A program made the translations under genes and the position numbers. A model generated the notes under the pieces. The model saw only the letters and a list, made by a program, of their open reading frames with translations, was not told where the DNA came from and made no database searches. From Leucoraja erinacea (taxonomy: Eukaryota), in assembly GCF_028641065.1 (NCBI RefSeq), contig NC_073389.1, positions 11,346,001 to 11,410,000 on the forward strand: DNA of 64,000 nucleotides, in the 5' to 3' direction. Below, piece after piece: positions 52,660-64,000 of this stretch. Each line of letters opens with the position of its first letter. Position 1 is the first letter of the stretch.

Positions 52660-52804
52660 CTCGTTGCTTTTATCCAAACCATACATCTTTCTCATTTTGG
52701 AAACTTTCACTCTTGCTTTATAAGAACGACGTTGTGACTCCCTTCCTCCTTTTGATGATCTTGAAGACCGCTGCGGAGTGGTGTACGAGGCTGGAGAAGG
52801 TGGC
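52660..52804 (-). CDS. CXorf58: CXorf58-like protein, penultimate coding exon
   Basis: ttttccag|G...GAG|gtaaaa; 145 nt; PPSPASYTTPQRSSRSSKGGRESQRRSYKARVKVSKMRKMYGLDKSNE; phases 2/0 match both neighbours. This frame is not in the ORF track. Confidence 0.78.
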
Positions 52805-53019
52805 CTGGAAAATTAAGAATATGGGATATCTTTAAGAGGGAACGGCAGATGCTGGAAAATTGAAGGCAGACAAAAATGCTGGAGAAACTCAGTGGGTGAG
52901 GCAGCATCTATGGAGCGAAGGAATTGGGCAATGATTCGGGTCAAGTACCTTCTTCAGACTCTGCGGCTGGAAGGGGGAGGCCGTAGACCTTCAAACAGAT
53001 TAGATAGGGATATCTGATC

Positions 53020-53525
53020 TGTTATCCTCCCTACATATTGTCGATCGGTGGTGGTCAGTGACATCGTCTTTGCTGTCTTGTGCTGGGATTGCAAGGCAAT
53101 GGCCTTGGACACCAATAGAATTAACAAGCTCATCAGGAAGGCTGGCTCTGTCCAGAAGGCAGAGTTGGATTCACTGGAGATGGTCTTCGGGAGGGGAAAC
53201 TGCAGAGCATCTTGGACATTACAGCTCACCCCATCCATGACACACTGGTCAACCTGATGAGCGCCTTCAGCAACAGACTGGTTCCACCAAGATGTAGCAC
53301 GGAATGCCACAGATCCTTTTTCCCCTGTGGCTATCAAACTGAATAACTCTTCCCCCTTCTGTCATGGGGTAGACTGACTCCCGTTCCCCCTCCCCAATCA
53401 GTGCACATCCCCAACCCTTTCCTGTCGTCACTATAATTTCATGTATCATGTACCTTGTTGTGTTTTATGACTGTTGGCAGACCAATTTCTCTCCTAGGAT
53501 AAATGAAGTTCTATCGTATGGTATC
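53020..53525 (+). mobile_element. Rex1-like LINE 3' fragment
   Basis: SVVVSDIVFAVLCW...DTNRINKLIRKAGSV; short-repeat tail. Confidence 0.7.
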
Positions 53526-55234
53526 GTGACAATAATAAAACTAAACCATTCAAGAGGATGGTTCAATGGTGCTTTTATCGTCACATGTGCAAAGTGCAAA
53601 CACACAGTGAAATTATTTTCTTACCAACAGTCCAGCAGAGGATTGCCATACCTAAGCACATCCCCGATTAACAAATTGTACAGGGATAGCTTACTGATCC
53701 CGCATGCAAGTAGTGCCATGTTTTGGCACGATTTTCACAGGCAAGCTCCGGGCTGCTGTGGGCCTCCAGCCATCACCGTCGTTTGGACGTGCAGGACAAC
53801 TTGTGAACCGATGTCCCTATCCTCACCCATCCACCTTTGTTCCCCGAAGGATGCCTCGTGCAGTCGACCTCGAGAGTGTGGTCGACCAGACCCCAGTTCC
53901 CTCTCCTCTTCCACCGTCCTCACTCCTCACCTGTCGTGTCTGTCGTCGTCACTGGCTCCATCTTTGCTGGTCTTCAGGGGCCATCACTGCGGCCTCCCCC
54001 TTCCAGCCGCAATTCGACAGTTTCCCCTTGTTGTAGGCCGCAGGGGTCTGCTTCAGTGGCTTCTCCCTGTATGCCGTGGCGTGCCAGGTCTTGTATTCAG
54101 CCGCGGATGTCCAGCTCGGCAGCTATAGACCGTGGCGCTCTGGGAGCTTGGATGGTGGATCATGACTGACCTCTTAGCATTAACCCTGTCTCATAACCCC
54201 CCCCTTAATAATCTGAAACATTTCAGTAAGAATCCATCGTCTTCTGAATTCTATTAAGTAAAATCCCAATTTACTTAACCTTTCCTCGGTGCTCAATCTA
54301 ACATACCCACAATCATCCTATTAAACATTCTCTGAACCACCTCCAATGCAGTACGATCCTTCCTAAAATAGGAGAGCAAAATTGTTCACGGTACTGTAGA
54401 TGTTGCCTGAGAATTGCCTTTACAGTTGCAGTCTGTACCTTTATACTTCAACCTCCTTGAAATGAGGGATAACATTCCATTAGCCTATAATACTAATTGC
54501 TGCACTTGCATGTTGGCTTTCCATGTCTAATGCACAAGGAACATCGTCTCTTTGTGCTGCAGCTTTTTGAAGTCTTTCTTCATTAAATAATTGCTTGTTT
54601 TTTTTCTCTCTGAAATGAACAAGTTTACATTTTCCAACATGAGACTCCATTTGCCATGTTTTGCCCTTTCAATGTTTTTCTGTAAACTGTGTGTATCCTC
54701 CTCTTAACTCAACTGCCCGACTATTATATCATCCACAATTTTGTCCGCCGTACATGAGCTTTTTCCCCCAAATAATTAATATATTTTACGATCAGTTCCA
54801 GTCGCAGTACTGATCCTTGTGGTAACCCATTGGCCACAGGTTGTAAACCTGAAAATGCCCCCCCCCCTCATCCCTACTAATTGTATCCTGATTATATGTT
54901 GCATCCTACATCATGGGCTCTTGTGACTTAACACTTTACAAGGCATCTTGTTGAATGGCTCCAGGAAACAAATACAATAGGATTGTGTTAGTCAATATTT
55001 CTTTCCTACCACTGTAAGTGCTACATCTGTTGCTACACTGACAATTTTATAGACTGCTACATCATCTTTTGCTATGTGCATTCTTTGTGGCACATTGTGG
55101 ATTATTTATTTTAGCACCAAGTCCAGCATTTCTTGTTTTAGTTTCATTCAAGGGAGCATAGGGTCTCGACCCAAAACGTCACCTATTCCTTTTGTCCAGA
55201 GATGCTGTCTGACCTGAGTTACTCCAGCTTTTTA

Positions 55235-55863
55235 CATAGAAACATGGAAAATAGGTGCAGGAGTAGGCCATTTGGCCCTTCGAGCCTGCACCGCCATTCA
55301 ATGTGATCATGGCTGATCATCCAACTCAGTATCCCGTACCTGCCTTCTCTCCATACCCCCTGATCCCCTTAGCCACAAGGGTGACATCTAAGTCCCTCTT
55401 AAATATAGCCAATGAACTGGCCTCAACTACCTTATGTGGCAGAAAATTCCACATATTCACCACTCTGTGTGAAAAATGTTTTTCTCATGTCAGTCCTAAA
55501 AGACTCCCCCCTTATCCTTAAACTGTAACCCCTTGTTCTGGACTTCCCCAACATCGGGAACAATCTTCCTGCATCTAGCCTGTCCAACCCCTTAAGAATT
55601 TTGTAAGTTTCTATAAGATCCCCCCTCAATCTTCTAAATTCTAGCGAGTACAAGCCGAGTCTCTCCAGTCTTTCTTCATATGAAAGTCCTGACATCCCAG
55701 GAATCAGTCTGGTGAACCTTCTCTGTACTCCCTCTATGGCAAGAATGTCTTTCCTCAGATTAGGAGACCAAAACTGTACGCAATACTCCAGGTGTGGTCT
55801 CACCAAGACCCTGTACAACTGCAGTAGAACCTCCCTGCTCCTATACTCAAATCCTTTTGCTAA
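55235..55863 (-). mobile_element. Young 5'-truncated CR1/HER1-like LINE
   Basis: Intact RSREVLLQLYRVLVRPHLEYCVQFWSPNLRKD... and (tttctatg)n-type tail; near-identical to 61568-62180. Confidence 0.9.
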
Positions 55864-57164
55864 AATCCTTTTGTGTCCATTTCGGAGATACATTTTGCTG
55901 TTTGCGGTTAATCTTATTTTTCTGTGAACTTGTGACAGTGACATGGATCGGAAGAGAAATGTTTGAATTGTTTTGCAGCCTGTTTGCAACAGAAGCGCAT
56001 TTAGGAGAGGAGCATCTTTGTGGTGTGGTTTTATGGCTAGAGCTGTATGGACATGCTTTTATCTTGTTCTTTAATTTTGATCCAGGAGAATAGTCCAATT
56101 AATACCTGGGCATGGTTGATTTTGATGGGGCATATAACATTGTTCACTTTGTGGTGCAATGCTTTAAAATATGCCACATTGACTTGCTTTCTTTAATAGT
56201 GAATTCAAAATCTTCTCCCTGTTTGGGCTTACAAACTCTGTTCTCTTCATAGCTACATTTCTTATAATGTTGGTGCTGGTACAGTCATCACAAAATTAAT
56301 GCAGGGCTATTAATACTTAAATCATATGAGTCATAAGCATAGCCTGTAACATTATGCAAGTAGATTGCTCTTATTGCTCTGTGGTCATCTGATGCAAGTC
56401 CCATAATACTAAACACCATCTATACGTTATGGCCAGACTGCTCAAGCTAGATAACAAGATGTATTGGAGATCATAGCCACAACCCCAACCCCAAACCCGA
56501 TCAAGTGCATGCTAACTGATCTTAGGACAACAGGGGGCTGGACATGCTAGCTCCCCAATAGGTTTCAACTGAATTTACAATGATAAGCAAACCAGAGAGC
56601 TTGTCGTGAATCTCTGAAAGCTGAGCTTTCACTGTGATCTGAATTAGCCACCTTTGCTCATTTAAGACAGTTTTAGAAATGGGTTTAACATATTACCTTG
56701 GGGGAAAAAAATGTTCAGTGAACATTTTAATGGTTGTAGAAAAAGAGAGAAATAGTTCAACAGAATAAGCAATAATTAATAAGCATGTTAAAACGAGCAA
56801 AACAAAGATGATGACACAGATAACTTCATATTAGGTAATAAAAGTAAAGTATTGAACCCATCAATAAATAGAGCAATGGCAAGCTGCAATTATGAAAGAT
56901 GAGACAATTGAAAGCCGTTTCTGAAATTCAAATGAAAGCTGTAAAAATCAGTATCAGTATATCTTTATTGTCATTTCCTGAGTACTCACATACCCAGAGG
57001 AAACAAAAAAACGTTGCTCAACCAGTGTCCATTCAGTGTGCAGTACAAATAACAACAAATAAATAGAAATAAAAATACATATATCATGAACAAATTAAAT
57101 TAAACACTCTACTCTCTACTAAACATGTGGTTAGCCCATAAAATAATAGAGAACTGTTGGTACT

Positions 57165-57920
57165 GATTCCCATCAAGTCCCCCAGTTTTGCTCTCACTCC
57201 ACATCCCCCCAGACGGACAAAGATAGAGTTCCCCAGGTCCTCGCCTTTCACCCCACCGGCCATCCCATCCAAATCGTGCTCTGACATTTCCATCACCTCC
57301 AACATCACCCCACCACTAGTCACAAGTTTCAATCCCAGCCCCTTTCCACTTTCCACAGGGACAGATCCCTCTGCAACTCCTTGGTTCACTTATCCCTTCC
57401 GATGCAAACCACCCCCTTCCCAGGTACTTTCTACTGCAGCTAATTAACCTGCAGGAAGAAGCCAGAGCACCAGTCGGAAACCCACGTGGCCACAGGAGCT
57501 GCTACTGCAAGAGATGTAACGCCTGACCCTATTCATCTTCCCTCACAACCATCCAGAGACCCCAGCAGCCCTTCCAGGTGAGACAAGAGTGCATGTACAC
57601 GTGCTCTAACCTCATCTACTGCATCTGGAGTACCCGATGTGGCCTCCTGTACATCAGCGAGACTAAGAGTAAACTTGTTCACTGTTTCGCTGAATACTTG
57701 CACTTGGTCCGCCAAAGCCTGCTGGATCTTTCGGATGCTTACCATGTTAACTCTTCCAATTCCCATGCCGACCTTTCTGTCCTGGGCTTCCTCTATTGCC
57801 AAAGTGCGGTCAAACATAAAGTGGAGGAATAACACCTCATATTCCACTTGGGTAGCTTACAACCCAACAGTATAAACATTGAATTCTCCAATTGATGTAA
57901 CTGCAAAACCCACCTCTCTC

Positions 57921-57980
<60 letters not shown>

Positions 57981-58320
57981 TTCACTTATCTTCCTCTTCC
58001 TCCGCTGTGCACCACCTATTTCACCCCTCCCCCTCCACCTACATTACTGCCTCTAGCATCACAATTTGCATTTCCTCAATCCTTTCGTCTTACACCTGTC
58101 TTTTCTCCTCTGGCCTGTGTCTACTCCCTCCCCCTCACATATCAATCCATTATCTGCAAGGCTTCGTCCTTCCTGCCTCTTCTCTCTTTCAGCTTTCGTC
58201 CCTCTCCCTCCACCCCATAATCAGTATGAAGAAGGGTCCCAGCCCAAAACGTCACCTACTCGTGTTCTACAATGATGCTCACTATCCAACTGAGTTACTC
58301 CAGCACGTTGTGTCCTTTTT
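57165..58320 (+). mobile_element. Older decayed Penelope-like element with inserted SINE fragment and ~59-nt poly-C tract
   Basis: TCSNLIYCIWSTRCGLLYISETKSKL (GIY-YIG remnant); tail atgaagaagggtcccagcccaaaacgtca; poly-C at 57922-57980. Confidence 0.8.
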
Positions 58321-58759
58321 CCCCATCATCAATACTGTTTTGACGAAGAATCTCCAATATGGCAATGTTTCCTATCCTCTCATTCACAAACAGATTCAAC
58401 TCGCATCAGTAACCCTTAGTGTAAAGAAGATATCAAGCAATATTCAAATATTCACTGCCTCCATGTTTAATGTTTTATGTGTCATTCCTAATTGTCACTA
58501 TGTCATATTAGTACTTGTGGGCGGAGCACCAAGGCAAATTCCTTGTATGTGAATATGGCCAATAAACGTATTCATTCATTCAAATGCAAAATGTTCCTTT
58601 CATTCATCCTTGCATAAGCTGTTTGTCTGATAAAGTATTGGATGGATTCATAGTCCTGTGTTTACAGTGGCATTGTTGCTACATTATATATATTGTGGTT
58701 TGTTTTGATACAATTAGACTCTGATTTCTTAAAATTTAAATAGGTTGCAACAAAAGTAC

Positions 58760-58989
58760 CTGATTTGAGAGATGGTTCTAATATGTTGAAGCTGAATATT
58801 TTCAGTAACTGGCTTGGAGAGCAGAATTGGCAATTCCACCTTCAAACGTTGTGATAAAATTCTGCTGTGCGCATAGTCTACAATGTCATACATGATTGTT
58901 GTTCTGGGCAGGTTTGTCAGAGTCAGCATCCTCCAGTAGTTATCTCTGCCTCCAAGATAGGCTGGTGTCTCATCCAGATTGCTTGCATA
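58760..58989 (-). CDS. CXorf58: CXorf58-like protein, internal coding exon
   Basis: ttcttctgaag|TAT...ATCAG|gtactt; 230 nt; YASNLDETPAYLGGRDNYWRMLTLTNLPRTTIMYDIVDYA matches recalled CXorf58 (LDETPA..GGR.N.WR.L.L.N.PRT..MYDIV). Confidence 0.85.
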
Positions 58990-59429
58990 CTTCAGAAGAA
59001 TAACACAGTGACAAAATGAACATCTCATTGATAATTGAGTTCTTACAATGTGACATATGTGATGCCCATTTTATTTCATCCAGAAAAAGACACTATGGTG
59101 ATGTTACTTTATTTATTTATCAAAAGGTACAATTTTTTGTAGGATAATAATATTACCAATTATAAGATGCCACAAGATGGCTGGCCTGCTAATTCTTTTA
59201 ACTAGACACATAGAAATGTTTTTGGTACACTTTAACACTGTAATGGTTACAGAATTATTGTGACGGAGAAGAAGGTCATTCAGACAATTGGGTCCATGCT
59301 GCTTCCCAACAGAGCAGTCCCATCAGTCTCATTCCTCTCTTACTTCCCTGTAGAGCTGCAACATATTCTCTCTCATCAGCCTAACAACTCTGTGATTTAT
59401 TTGTTTACCTACATTAAGGGTTAATTGGC

Positions 59430-59590
59430 AACTATAAATCACCCCACCAGCAGGCCTTTGAGAGGTGGGAGAAACTGGAGCACAGAGAGAACATACACAT
59501 TCTACATAGAGAGCGCCCCAGGTTAGGATTGAACATGTGTTGAAGCCGTTGAGAAAGGAGTGAGAACTGCTGCACCGTCATGCCACCATT
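59430..59590 (-). mobile_element. Decayed V-SINE-like fragment
   Basis: Reverse complement has ggtggcatgacggtgcagcag and ccagtttctcccac. Confidence 0.55.
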
Positions 59591-61567
59591 TCGCCGATGT
59601 GGGATTAGCAGCCTAGAAATCACCTGCAAAAGTCCTACCAGAGGAGCTGTGAAATTTGATTTGTCGCAGACCAGAAATTAATCTAACATTGTTATAATTA
59701 GAGTAAATTTACAGGCCAACATACAAATTCTTCCTTAAGTGTACCTGGGGCACCTTGTCCCATCTAGAGAATAGATCCAGGAAAATGGGTTATTGGCTAG
59801 GACCCCTTGGCTTCAAAACCCATGAAATTTGCAGTCTTCAAGCCAAAGAAGACTCCTAAACACCATCTTCTGGTTGTCTTCAAAGTGCTATGTCATACTT
59901 CACAATAAATATTACTTGAAGGAACCTCCAAGGGAAGGAAGAGTGTAGCTGAAGGACAGTACCTTCCACCAAATTGGTCAAATTCTGAAACTTATATTAT
60001 TATTTGTGCATTTGCATTGGATGGTAAGGGAAGCAAATTGAGTGGATCTAAATGTACTCATTAACTCACATGTTGAAGGAAAGAATTTGTCGTAAACACA
60101 TGAAGACTAAGTGACACTTCCTTTGTAAAGATACTCTGAAAAAATATGACACACAGTAATTTTGTAATCATAATATTACAACCATAGTAAAGGGGAAGAT
60201 TAAGGATTAATCTCGTGGCCCAAACTGGGCATCTATACTGCTAATCTAGATCAATAGAAAATTAGACATCATCACAATCTTTAATTTAATGGCTCTTCTT
60301 CACATGTTGATCATAATGTAGCCAGATGACTAAAATGAACCCAAAGGAAGCATCAGACCTGGCTTTGTTCTAGTTCCACATTAGTGAAGCTACTGCAGCA
60401 GCTAGATGCATGGCAAATACCATAAACAATGGAAATAAATGGGCCTACAAGGAATGGATCAGAACCTCACTACATCCACTCAAAAATGATATAGGCTGAA
60501 CAACCAATGATAAAAAAAGAGGCTTCAATAACAATGCTTAAAATAGTATGCAAGTTCTAATTGTAGGGTTGAAATTTTTACCAGAATGTTTCATACTATC
60601 ACATTGGCCATCATGTGAATTTTCAAGGTTGAATTAAATATGAATGAGATGTCCTGGTTGAAGCATTTGGTATTTTTATTATTATATAGAAAATTAGTTA
60701 ATGTTTAAATCACAGTTTTCATATCCCTTTCAAGTCAACACAAAGTATTTTACACCAAGGTGTAAATAAATGTTGTTTTATGGCAGTATTTAAAGGAAAT
60801 TGTTATGATATTATTTTAATATGTACATTATATCTGTTAGTACCATTCATGTAAAGTGGTTATCTGATTTTGTTAACATTAATTTAACAGATCAGAGATT
60901 CACCAATGAGGCCATCCTTTATTACCCATTTCTACTAGCTCTAAAGAAGGTGATGGTAAGCTGCTTTCTTGAACTGCAGTCCTTCTGGATACTCCCACAG
61001 TAGTGTGGGGCAACGAGTCCAACAATAATGGTCAGGCTACATATTTTCAAGTCAAACTAGGATGCAAACTGAAGGGGAACCTACCAGGATGGGTTGGTGA
61101 GTAAGTTTGCTGATACGCCCAAATTGGAGGACTTGCAGACAGTGAGGAAGGCTGTCAGAAGATATAGCGTGAGATAGATCAGCTGAAGAAATGGGTGGAG
61201 GAAATGGCAGATACCTGAGCATGTTTAAGGTTTTGCACAGTGGGAGGTTGAAAGTAACAGTTAATGGCAAGATATTTGGCTGCATTGACCTATAGATGGA
61301 TCTTGGAGTCCAGGTTCACAGCTTGCACAATTAGAAAGGGTTTTAAAGGAGGCATTTAGTATACTTGCTTTCATTGCTAGGGGCATTGAATATAAGAGTT
61401 GAAGACATGGTACAGCACTGCAGGATTTTGGTTGGGCCGCATTGCGTTTAGTTCTGGTCGCCCGATTACAGGAAAGATGTGGAGACTTTGGAGAGGGTGC
61501 GGAGGTAATTTTGCCAGAATGCTACCTCAATTAGAGGGCTTCAGCTACAGGGAGAGGTTGGATTTGT

Positions 61568-62180
61568 GTATAGGAGCAGGGAGGTTCTACTGCAGTTGTA
61601 CAGGGTCTTGGTGAGACCACACCTGGAGTATTGCGTACAGTTTTGGTCTCCAAATCTGAGGAAGGACATTATTGCCATAGAGGGAGTGCAGAGAAGGTTC
61701 ACCAGACTGATCCCTGGGATGTCAGGACTGTCTTATGAAGAGAGACTGGATAGACTTGGTTTATACTCTCTAGAATTTAGGAGATTGAGAGGGGATCTTA
61801 TAGAAACTTACAAAATTCTTAAGGGGTTGGACAGGCTAGATGCAGGAAGATTGTTCCCAATGTTGGGGAAGTCCAGGACAAGGGGTCACAGCTTAAGGAT
61901 AAGGGGGAAATCCTTTAAAACCGAGATGAGAAGAACCTTTTTCACACAGAGAGTGGTGAATCTCTGGAATTCTCTGCCACAGAGGGTAGTCGAGGCCAGT
62001 TCATTGGCTATATTTAAGAGGGAGTTAGATGTGGCCCTTGTGGCTAAGGGGATCAGAGGGTATGGAGAGAAGGCAGGTAAGGGATACTGAGTTGGATGAT
62101 CAGCCATGATCATATTGAATGGTGGTGCAGGCTCGAAGGGCCGAATGGCCTACTCCTGCACCTAATTTCTATGTTTCTAT
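61568..62180 (+). mobile_element. Young 5'-truncated CR1/HER1-like LINE nested in an older CR1 (about 61090-62575)
   Basis: ORF 61566-62090 is an intact ORF2 C-terminus; the older element resumes after the tail (ggttggat|...|gatagacttgcc). Confidence 0.9.
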
Positions 62181-64000
62181 GATAGACTTGCCTTACTTTC
62201 TCTGGAAGAAGTATACAAAATTATGAGAGGCATAGATAAGGTACACAGTCAGACCTTTTTGCCCAGTATGGAAATGGCCAACACCAGAGGGCATAGCTAC
62301 AATATGAGAGGGGGAAAGTTTAATGGAGATGTACGGGGCAATTGTTTTTACAGAGCTGGTGGTGGGGACCTGGAAAGTATTGCCAGGAGTGGAGGCAGAT
62401 AAGACAGTGGCAATTAAGAGGCTTAAGAGATTCAGATAGGCACATGGAAGTGCATGAAATTGAGGGATATGGATCATATGCAGGCAGATGAGATCAGTTT
62501 AACTTGGCATTATGGTTGGTACAAACATTGTGGGCTGAAGGGCCTGTTCCTATACTGTATTATTCTGTGTTCTATTGATGGTGTTTCTATGTGCCTGTTG
62601 CCCTCGTCATTCTGGTTAAGTGTTTGGGAGATACTATCAAAATAGTTTGTAGTGTAACTGCAGTGTACTTATGTGGTACATGCTGCAGTCATTGTGCACT
62701 GGTAATAGAGGGAATGAAGATTTAGATTGGTGGATGAGATGTCAATAAAGCAAGCTACTTTGTCTTGGATAGTGATATGCTTCCTATTCTGATTTGTGTC
62801 TTAAATAGATGGTGGAAGGGCTTGGGGTGTCCACTGCAGGAAATCCAGTTCTTGTAGCCACAGTGGCTGATCCAGTTAATGTTGACCTCCCAGGATATTC
62901 ATGGAAGATGACGTGGCAAAGGTAATGTCATTGAATGCAAGGATAGCTACATGCTCACTCACTGGAGATGACACTTTTGTGATGAATGTCACTTGCCCCA
63001 TATCAGCATACACCTGAATGTTTTCTAGGTTTTGTTCCATGTAGGCATGAGCTGTTTTATTTGTTGAGGAGTTGTAAATGGAACTGAATATTGTGCAGAC
63101 ATTAATGAATATCCATATAGCTGACCTTATCATGGAAGGAAAGTCACTGACAAAGCAACATTGTCAGGTATATGTTTTTGTTATGACTGGACTAGCATGG
63201 CTTGGATAAAGGCTCAGCTAGTTTTGAAGCTTGAGCATTTAGTACCATAAGTGGGATGTTAGTTGCAGCAGCTGTATCCAATGCACTGAACCATTTTGTT
63301 ATATCAGTTGGAGTCAATCAAATTCACCAGAAAGTGGTTTATGAAGATGGGATCAGGGCAAAGCTGTGATGGATAATCTATCTGGAAGTTCTGTATGAAC
63401 ATGCTGATCCCAATCATTGTACAGGATAGGGATATTCTTGGACCCTCCTCCTCCATTGTTTAAATGTCCGCCACCATTCTTGACTAGATGTGGAGGACTG
63501 GAGAGTTTCAATCTGATCATCAGCTGTGAGATTGCTTAGCTCTGCCTATTGCATATTGGCGTTGCTGTTGGTCTACACGCAGTCCTGGATGGCAGTATTT
63601 CTGGGCTGGCACCTCATGTTGTTTTTGTATGCCAGATGTTGTTTCTGGCATAGCTTTCTGCACTGCTCGTCGAAGCAGGGTTGATTTCCTGGCTTGATGC
63701 TAATGGTAGATTAAAGTATGCCAGGCCATCAGGTTACAGACTGTGATAGATTTCTGCTGCTGCTGATGACCACAGAGCTTTATGAATTCTCTTTTCCGAT
63801 CTTCCAGAACCATACTGAGGCTATTCCGCTGCATGCACATTCACTATAAATAACCAACTAAAATATCTAGGATGTTTGCATGGTATTTCTAGCTCCATTA
63901 GCATTTTACTGAGAATTTTTGTAATACCTTTTTCTCAAACAACTCCAACAATACATTTGAATTCCCCACAGAAGATGAAAAATGACCAAAGCAAAATGAC

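Noticed and set aside
53448-54169. 226-aa ORF and overlapping ORFs
   Set aside because: Span repeat junctions and GC-rich repeat sequence; no domain recognised.
57922-57980. Long poly-C tract as a functional element
   Set aside because: Sits in the pyrimidine-rich tail of a Penelope element, and its length may be a sequencing artefact.

Overview
Vertebrate nuclear DNA, most likely elasmobranch (skate/ray/shark), judged from HE1/V-SINE-like and HER1/CR1-like repeats. Three genes are supported. (i) A TEX55-like gene on the minus strand: 9-nt first coding exon at a CpG island with RFX X-boxes, and a 1107-nt exon dominated by an 18-bp coding repeat; its last exon was not found. (ii) A complete KLHL15 on the plus strand: two coding exons of 705+1110 nt (604 aa), CpG promoter near 25.4 kb, three inferred leader exons. 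(iii) The last three exons of a CXorf58-like gene on the minus strand. The rest is repeat-rich: Penelope-like elements with hammerhead-like motifs, CR1, Rex1-like LINEs, V-SINEs, a Tc1 and hAT MITEs. Two observations stand out. One is a 2.2-kb LTR-bounded ERV-like element (TSD, PBS, PPT, env remnant) in which gag/pol is replaced by a captured spliced SNRNP40 mRNA. The other is a 119-codon ORF that stays open across all inferred KLHL15 leader exons and overlaps the KLHL15 start out of frame. Gene and family names come from recalled protein similarity, not from a database search, and splice sites are inferred from sequence.
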